Origin: Pseudomonadota bacterium
Lineage (GTDB): Bacteria; UBA10199; 2-02-FULL-44-16; JAAZCA01
Assembly (NCBI GenBank): GCA_043798915.1
Contig: JAZDOG010000101.1
Coordinates: forward strand, 1-64,000
DNA: 64,000 bases
Reading direction: 5' to 3'
Shown: positions 60,628 through 64,000 of the stretch, piece after piece
Layout of the letters: each line of letters begins with the position of its first letter
Numbering within the stretch: position 1 is the first letter of the stretch
Notes under the pieces: model-generated
The model's input: the letters and a program-made list of their open reading frames with translations, nothing else
Databases searched by the model: none
Told to the model about the DNA's origin: nothing
Translations under genes and position numbers: made by a program

Positions 60628-60700
60628 AGCCGAGGATCGGAATCGAACCGACGACCTGCTGATTACGAATCAGCTGCTCTACCAGCTGAGCTACCTCGGC
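60628..60700 (-). tRNA. tRNA-Thr(CGT)
   Basis: Reverse complement GCCGAGGTAGCTCAGCTGGTAGAGCAGCTGATTCGTAATCAGCAGGTCGTCGGTTCGATTCCGATCCTCGGCT. Confidence 0.95.
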
Positions 60701-60805
60701 GAATTTTTTCCCGATACACGATATTCGATATACGAATATCGAAATTTTGCGCCAGCATAATCCGTATATCGTGTATCGGAACAAATTTCGCTAGCGCGAA
60801 ATTTG

Positions 60806-60889
60806 TGCCGCCCCCCGGAATTGAACCGGGACGGGATTGCTCCCTCGTGATTTTGAGTCACGCGCGTCTGCCAGTTCCGCCAGGGCGGC
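60806..60889 (-). tRNA. tRNA-Leu(CAA)
   Basis: Anticodon arm CGTGA-CTCAAAA-TCACG, long variable arm, T loop GGTTCAATTCC. Confidence 0.95.
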
Positions 60890-60903
60890 GAATAACACAT
60901 GCA

Positions 60904-61131
60904 TTATGATGCAGTCTTCTTCTTGGAACGCTTGCCATTCACTTCCTCTGTCACCTGGCGGACCTTGCCGTCGGCTATTTCGCGCAGCGAGATGACCGAC
61001 TCGCGATTTTTGCAGTTCACGATTGGTTTTGAGCCCTTGTAGAGCTGCTTGGTGCGCTGGGCGGCGAGGTGCACGAGCGAGAAGCGGTTGTCGACGTAAT
61101 CGAGGCAATCCTCAACGGTGACGCGTGCCAT
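60904..61131 (-). CDS. rpoZ: RNA polymerase omega subunit
   Basis: [20 protein letters not shown]...SLREIA. Confidence 0.95.
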   Translation of the reverse strand: MARVTVEDCLDYVDNRFSLVHLAAQRTKQLYKGSKPIVNCKNRESVISLREIADGKVRQVTEEVNGKRSKKKTAS

Positions 61132-61275
61132 TGCAAACCTCCAATAAACCTGCCTGTAAGTGTACGAGAGACTACTTTTACGGGGTGTCCCCCTCTAGTA
61201 GGATTGTCGCAGAAAGTCAAGGAGTTCGAGCTGTTTGACTTAGGAAGCGAGGGCATGGTACCTCTTTGATATCCC

Positions 61276-62136
61276 ATGGGCTTCAGGTTTGCCGACAAGG
61301 TCCTATCCGTCCTCTCTGCCATTCGGGCCGCCGGTTTTTTTTCACGGCAGCGCGAGAAGGCTCTCTTCAAGTCGGAGTTTCTGGCGACGATAAGCCACGA
61401 GCTGCGCACGCCCCTCACGGCCATCATCGGATTTTCCGAGCTCCTCATGGAGGGCGTGATGGGCGAGCTTACGGAGGAACAGAAGGAGTGCCTGGGCGAG
61501 GTCCTCCATAATTCGGCGGACCTCCAGCGCCTCATCAACAGCCTCCTGGATATCACGAAGATCGAGGCGGGGAGGATGAGGCTGGATGTGCATGAATTTG
61601 ACCTCACGGAGACTGTGAGGAGGGTCTGCCGCTCGATTGCCCCTTTTGCAGAGAAGAAGCGGCAGGAACTCCAGATCAAGCTTCCGGATGGCAAGTTGTC
61701 CGTGTGCGGCGACGAGCGAAAGATTCAGCGATCCATTTCAAGCCTCCTTGCCAACGCCAACAAGTTCACGGAGGAGGGGGGGCACATAAGGGTGGGCGTC
61801 CGAAGCTTTGGCTCGTGGGGCGAGATCAGGGAGCGCGCGGGGTGGTGGCGGCGCCCGGCAAAAGGCGCAGACGTCTTCCGTTCCGGGTGCGTGGAGATCT
61901 CCGTGGAGGATGACGGCATAGGCATTCAGGAGAATCAGCTGGACCGTGTCTTCGAGGCGTTTCATCAGGTGGATGGCGGAGTGACGCGAAGCTTCGGCGG
62001 CACCGGGGTGGGTCTGGCGCTTGCGCGGAAGTTCGTCGAGATGCACGGCGGCTTCATCTGGGCGGAGAGCGAGCTTGGCAAGGGGGCGAAGTTCACGGCG
62101 GTGTTGCCGCTGAAATCCGTGAATCGTGAATCGTGA
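61276..62136 (+). CDS. Histidine kinase (HisKA + HATPase) without a sensor domain
   Basis: ISHELRTPL, NANKFT, DDGIGI, FHQV, GTGVGLAL. Confidence 0.88.
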   Translation: MGFRFADKVLSVLSAIRAAGFFSRQREKALFKSEFLATISHELRTPLTAIIGFSELLMEGVMGELTEEQKECLGEVLHNSADLQRLINSLLDITKIEAGRMRLDVHEFDLTETVRRVCRSIAPFAEKKRQELQIKLPDGKLSVCGDERKIQRSISSLLANANKFTEEGGHIRVGVRSFGSWGEIRERAGWWRRPAKGADVFRSGCVEISVEDDGIGIQENQLDRVFEAFHQVDGGVTRSFGGTGVGLALARKFVEMHGGFIWAESELGKGAKFTAVLPLKSVNRES

Positions 62137-62204
62137 ATCGTGGATTTTTCTGTTTTATCTTGCATCCTTAACGTGTATAATCCGTCGCAACAGGGGATAC
62201 TTTG

Positions 62205-63170
62205 ATGGGAGGAATAATCCGCCAGTATTCATGGATTGTCGATCTGGTGGGGATTCTGCTCTGCTCTTTCTTTCTGGCAAAGATTACGGGCATCTATGTC
62301 GGCCGAGGCATAGAGATCAAGCGCTCTGTAGGGGTTTTAAAGCCGGCCGATATTGCACCGGCTGAGAAGAAACAGATCGATGCCTCGACGTACGCAGTCA
62401 TCGGAGAACGCAATATCTTCGATGCCTCGGAGAGGGCTGCGCAGGGTGAAGGAGGCGAGGGTGCGGGTGTAGTTGAGGCAGAGACCGTGCCCACCGGCGA
62501 GGCCGTGAAGACTAGCCTCAATATCGCCGTCCTCGGCGTGCTGGTCGTGGGCGACGGTCGCGACACCCGCTCGACAGCCACTGTTTCGGGAGGCGGGGGC
62601 GGCAAGGAGAAGGACAAGGGGAAAGCGGCCGTCTACGCGGTGGGCGATACCGAGAGCTTTGCACCAGGCACCAAACTCACGCGCGTGCAGCCAGACCGGA
62701 TTGAGTTCGTAAACAGCGGGCGGTTGGAGTATGCCGAGGTCGCCTCGGAAGTCGGCGCCAGTATCTTCGGGCCGCCGAAGCGGGAAGAGGTGGTTGCCAA
62801 GGAGCCCGCGGCCAAGGCGGAGACCAAAGGCCCCCTGGTCAAGGGCGAGGCGCCGGGAAAATTTACTGTCGACCAGCGCGAGATAGACGAGGCGATGCAG
62901 AACCTGGACCGCCTCTACACAGACATAAGGGCGGTGCCTAACTTCTCAGGCGGCAAAGTCTCCGGCATGAAGATACTTTCGGTGAAGGGCGACTCGCTGT
63001 TCGCAAAGCTGGGTTTGAGGCGCGGCGACGTCCTTCAGAAGATAAACGGCATGGAGCTGGACGTGAAGCGCGGTTTTGAGATATTCAATCAGCTCAAAGA
63101 CCAGAAGAACATAACACTCGACCTTCTGCGGCGGGGGCAGGCGACAACACTTGATTATGAGATACGATAA
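62205..63170 (+). CDS. gspC: Type II secretion system protein C
   Basis: N-terminal TM, RNIF motif, HR domain, C-terminal PDZ (LGLRRGDVLQKING); upstream of the secretin. Confidence 0.88.
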   Translation: MGGIIRQYSWIVDLVGILLCSFFLAKITGIYVGRGIEIKRSVGVLKPADIAPAEKKQIDASTYAVIGERNIFDASERAAQGEGGEGAGVVEAETVPTGEAVKTSLNIAVLGVLVVGDGRDTRSTATVSGGGGGKEKDKGKAAVYAVGDTESFAPGTKLTRVQPDRIEFVNSGRLEYAEVASEVGASIFGPPKREEVVAKEPAAKAETKGPLVKGEAPGKFTVDQREIDEAMQNLDRLYTDIRAVPNFSGGKVSGMKILSVKGDSLFAKLGLRRGDVLQKINGMELDVKRGFEIFNQLKDQKNITLDLLRRGQATTLDYEIR

Positions 63171-64000
63171 AAATAAAATCGTCGCTCGCTGGATGGTTCT
63201 CATTGCGCTGCTGGCACTGCCGATCGCAGCCCATGGGCAGCCGACCTCAGGCGCTCCTGCTGCAACGACGCAGGGCGGGGTTCGTCTTCCCACGCCGCAG
63301 CCTGCCCCTCCGCCGGCAGCGGTTCCGACACCGGCTCCGGCCAAGGAAGCCAAGGGCGGCGATGAGGCAGCTGGCGGCGAGGCAAGAGAGAAAGAGAATG
63401 GGCAGGCCGCGGCCGGGGAGATCCCGGGCAACAGCGACATGGTCTACCTCAACGTTCAGGACCAGGAGATCAAGGACGTCATCAAGCAGATCAGCAAGGC
63501 TACGGCCAAGAACTTCATCATAGACGACAAGGTGCGCGGCAAGGTCACGATCATGTCTGAGAAGACGATGACCAAGGAGGAGGCCTATCAGGCATTTCTC
63601 TCCGCGCTCGAGGTGGTCGGCTTCACCACAGTGATAGGGCCGGGCGGCATCATCAAGATCGTGGCGCTCAAGGACGCCGTCACCGCGCCGATTCCGATCC
63701 ATGTCGATTCGACGCCCTATACCGACAGCTATGTGACGAGGCTCATCGCGCTGAGGAACATAAGCGCGCTCGAGATGTCGAACGCCATCAAGGGGCTCAT
63801 CTCCAAGTCCGGCAACATGTTCGCCTATCCCGCCACGAACACCCTGATCATCACCGATTCGGGCACGAACATAGACAGGCTCATGAAGATCATCAAGGAG
63901 CTTGATCAGGAGGGCCCCCAGCAGGTGCTGGAGATCATCCCGGTCAACTACGCGGATGCGAAGGATGTAGCCGCGAAGGTACTGCAGCTCTTTGAACTGG
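63157..64000 (+). CDS. gspD: Type II secretion system secretin GspD (3' end outside window)
   Basis: Not in the ORF track because it has no stop in the window; signal peptide, then LNVQDQEIKDVIKQISKATAKNFIIDDKVRGKVTI and TNTLIITD. Confidence 0.9.
   Translation, partial: MRYDKNKIVARWMVLIALLALPIAAHGQPTSGAPAATTQGGVRLPTPQPAPPPAAVPTPAPAKEAKGGDEAAGGEAREKENGQAAAGEIPGNSDMVYLNVQDQEIKDVIKQISKATAKNFIIDDKVRGKVTIMSEKTMTKEEAYQAFLSALEVVGFTTVIGPGGIIKIVALKDAVTAPIPIHVDSTPYTDSYVTRLIALRNISALEMSNAIKGLISKSGNMFAYPATNTLIITDSGTNIDRLMKIIKELDQEGPQQVLEIIPVNYADAKDVAAKVLQLFEL

Overview
GC-rich bacterial chromosome segment; a deltaproteobacteria-like lineage is inferred from gene content only. The housekeeping backbone is tgt-yajC-secD-secF, tRNA-Val/Asp, serC-serA, rne/rng-rplU-rpmA-obgE-rsfS, comF, suhB, tatD-radical SAM, HU, gyrA, ndk, tRNA-Thr/Leu, rpoZ and gspC-gspD. 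Several accessory blocks interrupt it. (1) A visibly AT-richer defence island (~20.4-28.7 kb) encodes qatA-qatB-qatC with no qatD. In qatD's place are a DNA methyltransferase and a NotI-family endonuclease, followed by a DUF1016 nuclease. Inverted copies of a hairpin/MITE-like element bracket the island. (2) Orphan genes at 36.3 kb and 46.3-50.7 kb share an identically spaced sigma28-like upstream motif. One encodes a membrane-anchored degenerate ClpA/B-type AAA+ domain, and two share a ~100-aa C-terminal module. (3) A sigma54-type operon of surface proteins ends in a tail-fibre-like adhesin. (4) Two AbiE-type toxin-antitoxin pairs, a Fic gene and a phospholipid/head-group biosynthesis cluster are present. 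(5) Many small palindromic and heptameric repeats occur, some inserted in frame inside enzymes, and there is a 22-codon archease remnant. No CRISPR array, rRNA, integrase or transposase was seen. All family assignments come from motif recognition by eye, not from database searches.
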